63,756 nt of DNA, filler included, from Octopus bimaculoides (GCF_001194135.2; 8 parts of 8 records of this genome joined end to end with filler, not necessarily neighbours in it); one strand, 5' to 3'. Positions 13,401 to 26,035 are shown, numbered from the whole stretch's first letter. The notes: generated from the letters alone by a model not told the origin. Numbers and translations are program-made.

Positions 13401-13653
13401 GATAGATGAATAGAGAGATGTTGCACAAAATAGAGACCGCTATATAGGGGACTGCCTTCAGTGGGAACGGAAAAGTGTAAGTGACCTTATTATTATTAAC
13501 TACTATTCCCGTGTCGACAAAAATACCCACAGCTTTATCACTGGTAGAAAATGCGAGAATCCATTGCTAAATTTCAGCAATCAGAATTGAAGCACTTGAA
13601 GAATCAGATATGGTTGTAATATTTCGGTTGAAAATAGCATCCACGCTAAATTT

Positions 13654-13692
<39 letters not shown>

Positions 13693-13889
13693 TAAACCTT
13701 GGGAGAGGCATTATGCCGGTAATAAACACACGCACTGGTTCAGTCCTTTATTAATTTATATAGTTTTTTGTTAAATTATTTNNNNNNNNNNNNNNNNNNN
13801 NNNNNNNNNNNNNNNNNNNNNNNNNTTAATTAATTAANNNNNNNNNNNNNNNNNNNNNNNNNNNNNNNNNNNNNNNNNNNNAAATAAAG

Positions 13890-14031
13890 TAGCTTGCTTA
13901 CCAACCACATGGTTCCGGGTTCATTCCCACTGCATGGCACCTTGGGCAAGTGTCTTCTACTATAGCCTCGGGCCGACCAAAGCCTTGTGAGTGGATTTGG
14001 TAGACAGAAACTGAAAGAAGCCTGTCGTATA

Positions 14032-14070
<39 letters not shown>

Positions 14071-14462
14071 ATATATATATATTATTATAAAATCTGTTAA
14101 TTAATCATATATTAATTAATATCGATTAATTATCAGGAGGCCAGCACATCTAAAGAATCAAAGAGATTCAGAAATATTATCTGCAATCTCAGGGGATTAA
14201 GGTACATTTTAAAAAATAACGTCGACCACTAACATGGTGTGTGTATATGTTTGTGTGTCTGTGTTTGTTCCCCCCCTCCCACCATCGCTTGACAACCTAT
14301 GGGGGTGTGTTTACGTCTCTGTAACTTAGCGGTTCGGCAAAAGAGACCAATAGAATAAGTACTAGGCTTACAAAGAATAAGTCCTGGGGTTGATTTGCTT
14401 GACTAAAGGCGGTGCTCCAGTATGGCCGCAGTCAAATGACTGAAACAAGTAAAAGAGTAAGA
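13890..14462 (+). mobile_element. SINE family B: tRNA-like head, internal microsatellite, conserved tail
   Basis: Head gcttaccaaccacatggttccgggttcattccc...; tail ...gtaacttagcggttcggcaaaagagacc...gactgaaacaagtaaaagag also at 34630-34830; head fragments near 4855, 10520, 41460, 58240 and 60965. Confidence 0.8.
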
Positions 14463-14892
14463 GTATATCTTAATATAATATTATTGTAATTGTACTTTAT
14501 AATCCATATCTATATCTATTAAATTATCCAATTTATATTTTATTCTAGTTTTTATTTTATTTTATTTTTATTTGTAGTTTTTAAATACAAATATATATAA
14601 GTGCATACATGCTAAACTTTTTTCATGCTTACAGTTAAGATGTTTTGCTTAGATTTTAAAATTTGGAAGATTTCATCAATATAAAGGTCATGACATTGTG
14701 ATCTTTGTAATATACTTAATTGGTGCCTATTTTAAACAATAAACACCAATACTATTAAATTATACTGGTCTCTTGAACTTTCCTTTGATATATAAGATTA
14801 AACCAGTGAAGCTTGGATGTTGACATCCCTTTTTAAGAGGTATATGTATCCTCAAAATAAATAAATGATATATATATATGTATGTATGTATA

Positions 14893-14940
<48 letters not shown>

Positions 14941-15709
14941 AAAAAGTATGGTGCATGAATACATGGAACATGAATTATTCTTTCAAACAATGAAAGACAC
15001 AAATGGAAAACAAAATAAACATAAAGAACGACCTTTCATCAGTTGTTGGCTGTTTTTCTAGTCTCGTATTTCTAGCATTTAACAACAATATACTCTTTTG
15101 AGAAAACAATTGCTCCCACAGACCAAATTAAATAAAATTTGGGATTTTGTGGAGGGTCAAAATAGGTAACACAATCAGGACAGTGAAAACAAACAGGAAG
15201 GGTTGCTAAGCCTAAATGAGGTTGTGGTGGCGAATGCATAAATCAAGTATATAGGATCATAGCTTATGGAGTTTTGACTGGGATTCTCTTCGTTGTAAAT
15301 AAACAAGTATCCAGCATGGTTCCACTAGCAGCTAAAAATTGTGCTTTACAGAGAGGAGAGGCAAAGAGAGAGAGGGGGGATGAGGAGGAAGGAAGAGGAG
15401 GAAAAGAGAGAGGAGGAGGAGTAAGAGAGAGAGAGGAAGAGAAAGCGAGGAATGAATTAGAGAGGGGGAATGAGAATTCACCTCATGGGGTAAGAAGTTA
15501 CTTTCGAGAAATTGAATAAATTTGGGGATGGGACAATTAAGTTGAATTCTACATTTAAGACACAGCAATAAATTAAAACTTGCAGAGACGCAATGTATTT
15601 TTTAGATATGCCTTTGTATTGCACTCGGATCATTCATAGCTCATGAAGTTTTGACTGGGACTCTCCTGGTTGTAAATAAACAACCATCTAGCATGGTTCT
15701 AGTAGCAAC

Positions 15710-15790
<81 letters not shown>

Positions 15791-15859
15791 ACTTTCGAGA
15801 AATTGATTAAATTTGAGGACAGTACATTCAACTTTATGGTTATGCGACGCTGGTGTAGG

Positions 15860-17175
15860 TTACAGCTGTGAACTCACTTTATTTACCGGGTCTTCTCAGT
15901 CACAGCATATCCCCAGAGGTCTTGGTCTTTTGTCATTGCCTCTGTGAGGCCCAACGTTTGATGGTCATGCTTCACCACCTCATCCCATGTCTTCTTGGGT
16001 CTCCCTCTACCCTGGATTCCTTCCATTGTTTGGGAGTGGCACTTCTTCACACAGCTCTCCTCATCCATCCATAGTACATGACCATGCAAACGCAAACGTC
16101 TGTCTCGAACGCCACATCCAATGCTTCTTATGTCCAACATTTCTCTCAGGGCAGTTACACTCTGTCATGTGTGCACACTGACATTACACATCCAGAAGAT
16201 CATGCTAGCTTCATTTCTTTCAAGCCTACACATGTCTTCAGTAATCACGGCCCATGTTTCACTGCCGTGAAGCATGGCAGCTCACACACATGCATCATAC
16301 AATCTACTTTTCATTCTGAGCAAGAGGCACTTTGTCACCAGTAGGGATAGAGGCTTTCTGAACTTTGCCCAGGCTATTCTTATTCTAGTGGTAACACTTT
16401 CTGAGCATCCACACCCACTACAGACTTGGTCAACTAGGTAGTGGGAGCTATCAACTACTTCTAGTTTCTTCCCCTGACATATGATGGAATCTGTTTTCTG
16501 AGCAGCTGTGGTGTTTATTGCCCCTGAACTACCTGGTTTACAATACGGGTGACTAGGCCATTACCCACACCACCTGATGTTTTAAGCATCTCAGCAGTGA
16601 TTCCTGATGGGCTGGGGGATTTTCCTGGCTTCATACCCTTAATTGGTTTATCTACCAGGGTGCTGTCTGTTCAGATAGCTGGTCCCTCTACTGGGTCAAC
16701 ATTTGGCAGGCTCTCTTCCTCCCATTCATTCTCCATGTTCAGCAGTCTTTTATAATGGCTTCTCCAAGCCTCTTTCTTTTCCAAATCATTAAAAGCAAGT
16801 GCACCATCATCCATGCAGACACAGTTCTCTCCTGTGACATGACAATTTTCTCTTACACACTGTCTTGCAATCCGAAATACTTCAATTCTTTGATCCTTAT
16901 GTCGCTGGACATTAGCAAACTTCTTCTTTTCTGCTTCTCCCTTGGTTATGTATACCTGTTGCCCAGCCTTCCTTCTGACTATCTGGTACAGTTCCCTGCT
17001 ACCTCCACTCTTCCAGGCTTTCCATGCCTGTTTCTTTGCTCTAATGGCTTTGTCTACTGTATTATTCCACCATCATGTTACTCTAGGTCTGGAAGGGACT
17101 TTGCACCATCCGCAGACTTGGTCTGTGGCACTCAGTAAGCTGTCCTGTAGGAATTTCCAGCAACCTTCTATGTCC
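15860..17175 (-). mobile_element. RTE-clade LINE ORF2 fragment, decayed, RT core apparently deleted
   Basis: RLRLHGHVLWMDEE...GRGRPKKTWDEVV, AMLHGSETWA and TRIRIAWAKFR; homologous to the fresher copy at 63500-63756. Confidence 0.8.
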
Positions 17176-17337
17176 AATATAGTATGATAAATTCATAACG
17201 TCCCCCAATTCACTGCCTTCCTCCCAATGCCTCCTTTTTTACTAGCGCCCCCCCCCCTGCCTCCTTAGGCACCAGTGCCCACCTGGACCATCTCAACGCC
17301 CACCGGGGTCTGGTAGCATCCACTTTGAGAACCTATA

Positions 17338-18124
17338 GTTTACATGAATCATTGTGTTAGGGTTATAGGTGTGGATTTGACTATTTGGGCCAATGTAGGT
17401 ACTACTACCACTGCTATGATCTATCTTATTAAATTTTTTGTAATGTTCTGCTAAAAGATGTTATTCAGGTAGTATGTATTAAGTTTTTGTTTATTAGATG
17501 AGGCTATGATAGATTCCATATTAGACGGAGAGGAATGGGATAATTGTAGGGTAGATCTGTTGAAGATTGAATGGTATTTATGGTGACGTGGAAAGTTAGT
17601 CTACAATGGCAAAGAATCTTTAGGCTAAGCCCTTAACATTTAAAAAGAAGGGAGGGATACACCCCACCTTTTACTATTCAATTTAAGGGATGTATAATCG
17701 ATATTTTCAGTTAGAGGAGTTTTTCAAGATTTAGCATTATTTATGCTGAATCTCGAAGAACTCCTCTAACAGAAAATATCGATTATACATCCCCTAAATT
17801 GCATAGTAAAAGTGGAGGAAGATTAATTCTCATTAAATGTTAAGGACTTAGCCAAAACCTTCTTTGCTATTGTAGACTAACTTTCCACATCACCGTAAAT
17901 ACCATTCAATCTTCAACAGCTTATCCCATTCCTCTCCACTTAATATGGAATCTAGTGTAGCCTCATCTAATAAACAAAAACTTAACACATAGTACCTAAG
18001 TAACTCCTTTAAGTAGAACATTCAAAATAAATATAATAATATAGATCACAGCAGCAATAGTACCAACATTGGCCCAAATAGCCAAAGCCACACCTATAAT
18101 CCTGACAATATAATTCATGTAAAC
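17338..18124. mobile_element. Foldback/MITE-like long imperfect palindrome (arms about 395 bp)
   Basis: gtttacatgaat (17338) pairs with attcatgtaaac (18124); arms match through to the centre near 17735 (agcat-tattt-atgct). Confidence 0.85.
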
Positions 18125-18189
18125 CATGATATAGATAGCCTCCCTTCTGGTGGGGGTGGAAGTGCAACTACAAATAATAGTAATAATAA

Positions 18190-18850
18190 TAATTCTTTTA
18201 TTAGCCACAAGGGCTCACATACAAAAACATGAAGTGACATACAACATAAAAGACAAAAACAGGACGATACAATGGGTTTTTGCGTGTACACAATGTAATA
18301 ACAATAAAAATTGAGCAAATTAAGACTCCCAATACGGGAGGCGCTTTAAGGTCCTTGTGGAAAACTCCACAAAAGCAACAGGTGCCTGAACAACAGGGCA
18401 AGAGCCCTTCCCCCTTTTTTTTTTCACAGGTGCAAACTAAGAATTGGTCCTTTCACACTGGCCATTCTACCAACATTCACCCACCTTTCAACAAACTTGC
18501 TATAAGGCAACACTTCCCTCTCCACCCTCAACTTCCTTTTCAAGTGAAACTTGAAAAAGTTGATGAGGGCTTGGCCAAAGAGGAAAGTGTCTGTCTTTAG
18601 CCCTTTCAAATGGGTCCACTATACTACCTCCTTCGCTACAGCTGCTAGACAAATAAAAATTGCTTGCCCCTCCCACCCAAAAGTTGGCAGTGGTGCAATC
18701 TTCACAATAGATTCAGCTGATAGCTGGATCTATTCTACATATGACAGCAGGTGTTTGACATAAACCCACAGGTCAGCAATACTCAGGCACTGGACTGGGG
18801 CATGCAGAACAGCTGATGGCACTCCCGTGCCTGTCAAGTTTATCCTTGCA
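18190..18850 (-). mobile_element. Tx1/L1-like LINE 3' end (ORF2 C-terminus, 3' UTR, (TTA)n tail)
   Basis: VLHAPVQCLSIADLWVYV...ALINFFKFHLKRKLRVERE...FVERW; UTR ends aataaaagaattattatt. Confidence 0.65.
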
Positions 18851-19019
18851 ATTTTTCTCCTCCACCCATTTTGTAGGGGATATTACCTATTTTTCTGGGC
18901 TCTTTTCACAGTTACACCCCATTCAAAATTTGCATTAGTTTTTGTATGAAAAAAAAGAAAGGCAGGCAGGCTTGTTTATAGTTTGTAGAGAAAACGTTAA
19001 ATGTGCCTGAAAAAACAAA

Positions 19020-19320
19020 CATGGTCTTTCCCACGACTCCTTTGCTTCTTCTCACATCCTGGATGTTGTGGTGAGGGTGAGATCCACAGCTTCTGCAGCC
19101 GAGCGGAACAAAATCCTGAAATACCGCGATCTGTCAGCCAACTACATTTTCCATCCTGTGGCGTTCAAGACGTTTGGTGGGTTTCGGACCACTAACTGCG
19201 AGATTCCTGTCTTCACTGACAACTTGCCTTGCATAGGTAACTGGTGAGGCTCATGAGGGTGCTTGGCTGTTTCAGCGCATCAGCCTCATGGCAACACTGC
19301 AAGTGTACTGGCGTGCCTCA
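19020..19320 (+). mobile_element. Restriction-like endonuclease C-terminus of an early-branching (CRE-like) non-LTR element
   Basis: ASAAERNKILKYRDLSANYIFHPVAFKTFGG...EGAWLFQRISL..GNTASVLA across frameshifts. Confidence 0.65.
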
Positions 19321-19737
19321 ATAGCCAATAGAGGTTTCCCAGCACCCCCAACTTTTCAACCCAAGCTGGTGAATTGTTTCATTTGTTTTTTTCTTCTTAA
19401 TTTTTTCAATTGTGTTCTCTGTATTGTCCAATTGTCTAAAATGGTAAACACCTGTGAAAGCAATAAAAGTTACAAAGACATGAAGAACTATGAAAGAAGG
19501 CAAATAAGTACCATGGGTGGGGGAAAGAAGAGTGAACTCTCAGAATAAAAACCTAAACACCTGAAAGACTTTCTCTCTATTCATTACTAAATGTCTTTCC
19601 CTCTTCTTCATTGTTAAAAGTAAAGAAGCGAGAAAAGATTGATCGTATTTCAGTCAAATTGTCATTGTAAATGACTGATGCTTTCCTTTCTCTGTCTCTA
19701 TCGCTTCACTCCTTTTCTTTACAGTTAAAAGAGTGAA

Positions 19738-20025
19738 GGTGCATCACTCAGTGGTTAGGGGTATTCAGCCCATGATCATAAAGTCATGAGTACGATTCCC
19801 TGCAGTGCACTGTGTTCTTGAGCAAGGTTTTCTACTTCACCTTGCTGCAAATATGAGTTGTAGCTGTAATTCAAAGGGGCCAGCTTTGTCACATTCTGTG
19901 TGAGGCTAAATCTCCCAGAGAACTACCTTATGGTATGCATGTCTGTGGAGTACTCAGCGACTTGCACGTTAATTTTACAAGCAGACTGTTCCGTTGATCA
20001 GATATACAGGAACCTCATCATCGTA
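19738..20025 (+). mobile_element. SINE family C (tRNA head, ttgagcaag core, tail also at 41360-41455 minus)
   Basis: A-box-like ctcagtggttag, B-box-like gagtacgattcc; tail cttgcacgttaattt...ctgttccgttgatc. Confidence 0.65.
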
Positions 20026-20659
20026 ATATTTAATTTATCTTTATAACAATAATAGGAATGATATCATTTAAATATTATCTTAAATAATAATTATATCTGT
20101 CTCCAACACCAGTTGTTTTTACTTTTTCCCCTTCCATAGTTGGTTCAGCAAGTTTCCCAGTAAAGCTACATTCGTTGAGTTTGAAGCATAATCATAACTT
20201 CACTTAAATATTTTCGATATTGTTCTCATAAGCATGTTTATTATTATTATTTCATAACATGATAGTTTTGTACCTTGTATTACCATTTATTTAGGTTAAT
20301 ATCCATATCTTAATATAATACAATGCTATGGATGTTTAATTTATCATATTTACAATCTTTGCTTAGATTTACCTCAGTATATAAGTTTGTTTACATTATA
20401 TAATGAATTCATTGGATTCTCTCCCTTCCTCCTTTTCTGGTTTTTAGTTTGCCATTTTTTTAAACTTTTGATTTTTGGATTTTACTGCGGTCCATTATGC
20501 CTTCTAATTTAAACTTTTAGTATAGCGTTCATAGCCTCTCTCCCTTAATAGCTCCCTGTAAACCAGCATTCTTGTTTCTAACGGTCATTTACTTAGCTAT
20601 ATAATGTTATAACTCGTACGCAACCTTAACATTTAGTGCAAGTCTTGCTTTGGTATGTT

Positions 20660-20750
20660 GGTTCCCCGACGATGAATTTATGTGCAATTCCAGCACCTCT
20701 TACTTCTTTGGAGTAGAGTGCACATATATTTTGAAACATATGTAGGAATT
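20660..20750 (+). ncRNA. Type I hammerhead-ribozyme-like motif with U4->C core change
   Basis: Stem I GGTTCC/GGAATT; core CCGACGA; long stem II AATTTATGTGCA/TGCACATATATT; GAAAC-ATAT-GTA with palindromic stem III ACATATGT. Confidence 0.65.
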
Positions 20751-20861
20751 AAAGGAACTTATTGATTATATGCATTTTGCTCCATACAGACATATATTTG
20801 CACTCCTGCATACACACACATATATATATATGCATACATGCATACATACATACATACATAC

Positions 20862-20894
<33 letters not shown>

Positions 20895-21019
20895 AATTTA
20901 AATAATAAGGGTGAAAAATTTGAATATTAGTTTGATTAATATCAGTTTAAAACCAGTGGCCTAGCATATTGAAAAATCTGAAGATTCAGAAAAATTATAT
21001 TACATATATATATATCATC

Positions 21020-21270
21020 ATCATCATCATCATCATCATCGTTTAACATCTGCTTTCCATGCTAGCATGGGTTGGACGATTTGACTGAGGACTGGTGAAA
21101 CCGGATGGCAACACCAGGCTCCAGTCTGATTTGGCAGAGTTTCTACAGCTGGATGCCCTTCCTAACGCCAACCACTCAGAGAGTGTAGTGGGTGCTTTTA
21201 CGTGTCACCCGCACGAAAACGGCCACGCTCGAAATGGTGTCTTTTATGTGCCACCCGCACAAGCCAGTCC
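21020..21270 (-). mobile_element. Young retroelement 3' tail ending in (GAT)n (RTE-type tail), copy 1 of 3
   Basis: Near-identical copies at 38796-39007 and 46832-47082; all run into N gaps. Confidence 0.8.
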
Positions 21271-21722
21271 NNNNNNNNNNNNNNNNNNNNNNNNNNNNNN
21301 NNNNNNNNNNNNNNNNNNNNNNNNNNNNNNNNNNNNNNNNNNNNNNNNNNNNNNNNNNNNNNNNNNNNNNNNNNNNNNNNNNNNNNNNNNNNNNNNNNNN
21401 NNNNNNNNNNNNNNNNNNNNNNNNNNNNNNNNNNNNNNNNNNNNNNNNNNNNNNNNNNNNNNNNNNNNNNNNNNNNNNNNNNNNNNNNNNNNNNNNNNNN
21501 NNNNNNNNNNNNNNNNNNNNNNNNNNNNNNNNNNNNNNNNNNNNNNNNNNNNNNNNNNNNNNNNNNNNNNNNNNNNNNNNNNNNNNNNNNNNNNNNNNNN
21601 NNNNNNNNNNNNNNNNNNNNNNNNNNNNNNNNNNNNNNNNNNNNNNNNNNNNNNNNNNNNNNNNNNNNNNNNNNNNNNNNNNNNNNNNNNNNNNNNNNNN
21701 NNNNNNNNNNNNNNNNNNNNNN

Positions 21723-21754
<32 letters not shown>

Positions 21755-21959
21755 GTATTTAAAATACAGAGATGCCTATAATAGGACATCTAACCCGCTA
21801 GAAAGAGCAGCAAAAATCTCTATACCACAAAAATAGGGATAATTTCGAAAGGGAATGAAAAATAAAAACATTTACCAATCTATTTTCCGAAATATTTTGC
21901 GAGGTCAGCTATCTTCATGCATTCCTTTCTTGATTCACCTATTTTCAGTTTTATTCATT

Positions 21960-24700
21960 CTCAAGTCCTTGTACAGTGCTTATCTTTGCAATCTTCCATC
22001 CTTCTTACTTCCAATAATAGTGGCATTTTTTATATACCATGCTATGTTGTTTTTTTCTGCTTAATGCTGTGTTCGCATCCAATCAGTCCTCTTCCCCCTC
22101 TTTTTCTTGGTATGTACAGTCCGCCTGTGTTACTTTTTGGGTGGAGTATCCCATATTTAGTCAGCAACTTCCTTGTCTTTCTGTCTAAGCTGTTTAGTTC
22201 GTCTACTGTCCATGTGATTACCTCTGCTCTATATCTAAGGAGTGAAACTGCCCAGGTGTTGATAGCTTCAATCTTATTCCATCCGTTTAATTTCAACTTA
22301 AGGATCAGTCTCAGTCTGTGCAAGCACACCACCTTAAATTTTTCTGTCATTTCTTTCTCCATCAATTTATTCATTTCCAATATCCCTAAGTACTTATAGC
22401 CCGTCTCTGCTATCTGCTTCATAACCATCCCTGACAGTATCACTAGTCCGCCCATACATTTGATTTTGCCTCTCTTCAAGACTAACACACCACACTTTTC
22501 CAGTCTGAACTCCATTCTGTTATCAGCACTGAAAGTATACACCATAGCAACGAGGGAACTAACTTGGGATTTATCTTTACCATAAAGTTTGAGGTCATCC
22601 ATGAATAACAAGTGGTTGACTTTTTGTTGGTGGCTCTTGAATATATACCCAGCCTTTGTTTTCCTCAGAATCAGTGTTAGTGGTATCATGCACAGTACAA
22701 TGATCAGTGGGGACAGGCAGTCCACTTGGAAGATGCCTCTCCCGATTTCTATTGTCCCTAAACTTCTTCCATATGTTGTCAATTCCATCCTCCACTTCAC
22801 CATACTTTTTCCAAGCAATCACTCAACATTCATTGCAATACCAAATAGGTTCATACATTCCACAATCCAAGAATGTGGGATCATATTGTATGCCTTACGA
22901 TAATCAATCTATGATATGGCCAAGTTTAGTTAGTTTTTCTCCTCTTGCAGTCTCTAAGTACAGTTTTGTTTACCAGGAGTTGATCCTTGGTACCTCTGCA
23001 CTTACACTTGCAACCCTTCTGGCAGGACTCCATTCCCCACCCCCCAAATGTCTGTACATTGACTCTGCGACTATTCCAGTCAATAATTTCCACATAAGTG
23101 GCAAGCAGGATATCGGACTGTAATTGTTTACTGTATTGCCTTTTTTTCATGTTTTACAAGCACAGTACTATCCTACCCATTGTCAACCACTCTGATGTTA
23201 CTTGGTTGGCATTTAACAATGTATTGGGTTGCGCAGCTATTCATGCATGACATTCACCAAATCTTTTGATCCAGTAGCCTTGAACTCAATCTGGTCATGG
23301 GGCCTTCCAGTTGCCTATTTTTTTGCTGATTTCCTTCACTTCCCAAACTGAAATGACTTGTTCTGCCTGTTTTGGACAGACTACTGTTTGTCTCAGTTTT
23401 TGCAACCATTCAGCATCCTTCTTGTGCTCCTTGTCTTTGCTCTAGATGTCACTCCAAAACCTTTGACTTTCAATGTTATTTGGTATCAACTTTTCATCTG
23501 TACACTCTCCATTTATTTCTTTGTAGAATCTCTTCTGATCTACTCTGAATAACCTATTCTGCTGGTATCCCTTCATTCTTTGATCATATCTTACCATCTT
23601 TGCTTTCTTTGTAACAAGGTACTGTTTCCAGTTCCTCCAATACCACTTTCAGGCCCTTTCAATATCATACTTCCTGTTCAGTGCCCTGTATTTTTGTTCG
23701 CATTTAAGCTCCCTCTTCTGTTTTTGGTCTAACACAGAAATGGCCTTCAAGAGAATATCTAACCCCACCTGTATTCTTCTTTTCCACCATGGATCTTTTT
23801 TCTTGTCACTCCCATTGTATTTCTTTTTCTTGATATCAACACCCATATTTTCTGCTACAACAATACTTGCTGCTTTGATCAAATTATTTGTTTCTGTGAT
23901 GTTTTTTGTCCTGATGTATTTCAGAATTTCTTGGTTCAATTTCTACTAATCAACCTTTTTAAGGTTGCAAATAATGTCACTATCATTCTCCTGTAGCTTT
24001 ATTTTTATTCTATCGTAGATTGCCTTTTACCCAGCTGTCATGTCACCATTAGTTTTATTATCTTCTTCTAAACCATCTATATGTTTCTCATCAAGAAAGC
24101 TATCACTGTTCTTTTCATGTGGTTTATTAGAGATTTCACCTCTGTTTTCTACTATGAGATTACTTTTATCAATAGGAACTGTATTCTCATCGTTTCCTCT
24201 TCTGCTGTTTTCCAATATCCCTCTTTTGATAGCTTTGAGTTCTACTTCTGTGGACCAACGATTTTTCTTATTGCTCAAGTTTGGTCACATAATCTCTGTT
24301 CCATGAGTTGAAACAATCCTCTTTCTCTCCATTGATCATACATATGTTGTCAGTATCTCCTAATATGAACACCATTTTCATCTACAGGGTTGCTCAGGTA
24401 GTAACACTTTATGACCACAGCATTGACTTGTTTGTTCTATCTACACTGTGTGTGGTCCATTGCTGGATAACAACAGGTTGGAGTTGGACCAGTATCTCTG
24501 AGCTTATTGGGTGTAACACTGTCACTATCAAAAGCTTCAGTTTCATTACCACCATTATTCACAATATTTTGTTTTTTCATTGTCACTCATATGAGGTAGC
24601 GATTATCAGGTTGTGCAATTACCAGTGTTTTTATTGTGACACCATTACTAGATGTATCATCAACCAGGACATGGGGAGATTAATATTGGAATCTCCCAAT
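21960..24700 (-). mobile_element. R4/Dong-clade LINE, decayed, including the RT domain
   Basis: GIFQVDCLSPLIIVLCMIPLT, NHLLFMDDLKLYGK, GYKYLGILE, LYIPRKRGGRGL, and the upstream KDPWWKRRIQ motif; 5' end abuts (AAT/AAC)n. Confidence 0.88.
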
Positions 24701-24799
24701 ATTATTATTATTATTGTTGTTGTTGTTGTTATTAATAACAAATTCTTATTAATATTAATTATTATCAATAACAACAACAACAATAATAATAATAATAAT

Positions 24800-25330
24800 A
24801 AATGCCCTGATGCAGTACCAGGCTTCTGATCTTAACATGTTATCATCTACATGTTTTGTCTTGATGTAAAAATGGGCTACAGCAAATACCACAGATTTGC
24901 TTGTCAGTTGCTTGACCTTAACCAGTTGAGCATGTCCCTTAGTGGCTGGCAATATGGGCATCTCTGATCACGAGCAGAAGTAGTGGGAAGGCACCATGCC
25001 CAAGTGTTGAGAAGAATTCTTTGGGATTTGAATAATTCAACACTGGAAACACGGGTGTCTCGTTCAACATCCTTAAACAATCCTTATTCAAGGACTGTTT
25101 TAGTGGATGGGTTACTCGACCTGAAGAAAATTCTAACTGGGCCCCACCTGTAAGGTCATGTGCTGCTTATATTAATATGAGATCACCATGTTGCACATAT
25201 ATAGTTGTGAAAAATGTGCCTGATGTACCCTTATCAGACGGGTAGTCATGATGGGTATATTGGGCTTCATATAATTTACTCCAGTGTCACTTTGATGGCA
25301 TGCACTGCTCTCTCACTCAATAATAATAAA
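24800..25330. mobile_element. Unclassified interspersed repeat of about 530 bp flanked by (AAT)n; inverted copy at 50272-50830
   Basis: Colinear similarity between the two copies from aatgccctgatgcag to gcactgctctctcactc. Confidence 0.8.
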
Positions 25331-26035
25331 GCAACACAAGAAAAAGAAAACACTTTTCTCTATACACAAGGAGGCAATAAAATACAAATCGACAACAAAC
25401 TACACTGACCTCACATGACAACATAGCAAAAATGGTCAAAGAAACAAAAAACAACATGAAAACAGAATTACAAAAGATACTGAAAAAGAAAAGGAGAGAA
25501 AAATCACTTCATGGCTGATACCCTACAAGGCTTGATAGAGAGGAGCTGAGCCTAAGTAAAAGCCAGCAATGGCTCAAAAGCTCTGGACTTTAAAGCTAAA
25601 ATGGAAGGACCAATGTCTGACTATAGAACAACTATGAAAGCAAAATAATGAAAATAGGCCCTAACACCAAATGCAGAATGTGCAACAAGCAGAATGAGAC
25701 AGTTGAGCATATCATCTCTGGTTGCCCAGTTCTTGCCAAACCTTAATATATATACAGACACAACTGAGTAAGTAGTTATATCCACTGGACAATATGCCAA
25801 CACTACAATATTAAACTGACAACAGGTGGTATAAGCATGTGCCAAACAAGATACAAGACAATGACCAGGTCACAATCATCTGGGATATGCCGGTTCAAAC
25901 CGACATAGAAATAAAAGCTAATCACCCAGACATGTGAACAAAAATGTAGAAGCTATACCTGAATCCTCAATGCTACACACTATCCAAAAAATAGCCTTGC
26001 TAGGAACAGCCCACATCCTATTCAATAATACAACC
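25331..26035 (+). mobile_element. R4/Dong LINE 3' fragment (zinc knuckle and RLE region)
   Basis: KCRMCNKQNETVEHIISGCPVLAK...HWTICQHY...IIWDMPVQTD...KIALLGTAHIL. Confidence 0.82.

Noticed and set aside
12840-13420. Purine-rich strand-skewed tract giving F/L/S-rich ORFs
   Set aside because: Low-complexity GA sequence
13339-13530. VTYTFPFPLKAVPYIAVS resembling an H-type lectin or tail-fibre strand; also a plus-strand mini-exon ending at gtaagt
   Set aside because: Too short and adjacent to low-complexity DNA; unsupported
21083-21130. CTGAGGA plus CTGGTG/CACCAG hairpin as a hammerhead (all three copies)
   Set aside because: The stem is followed by GCTC, not GAAA; better explained as a simple 3' stem-loop
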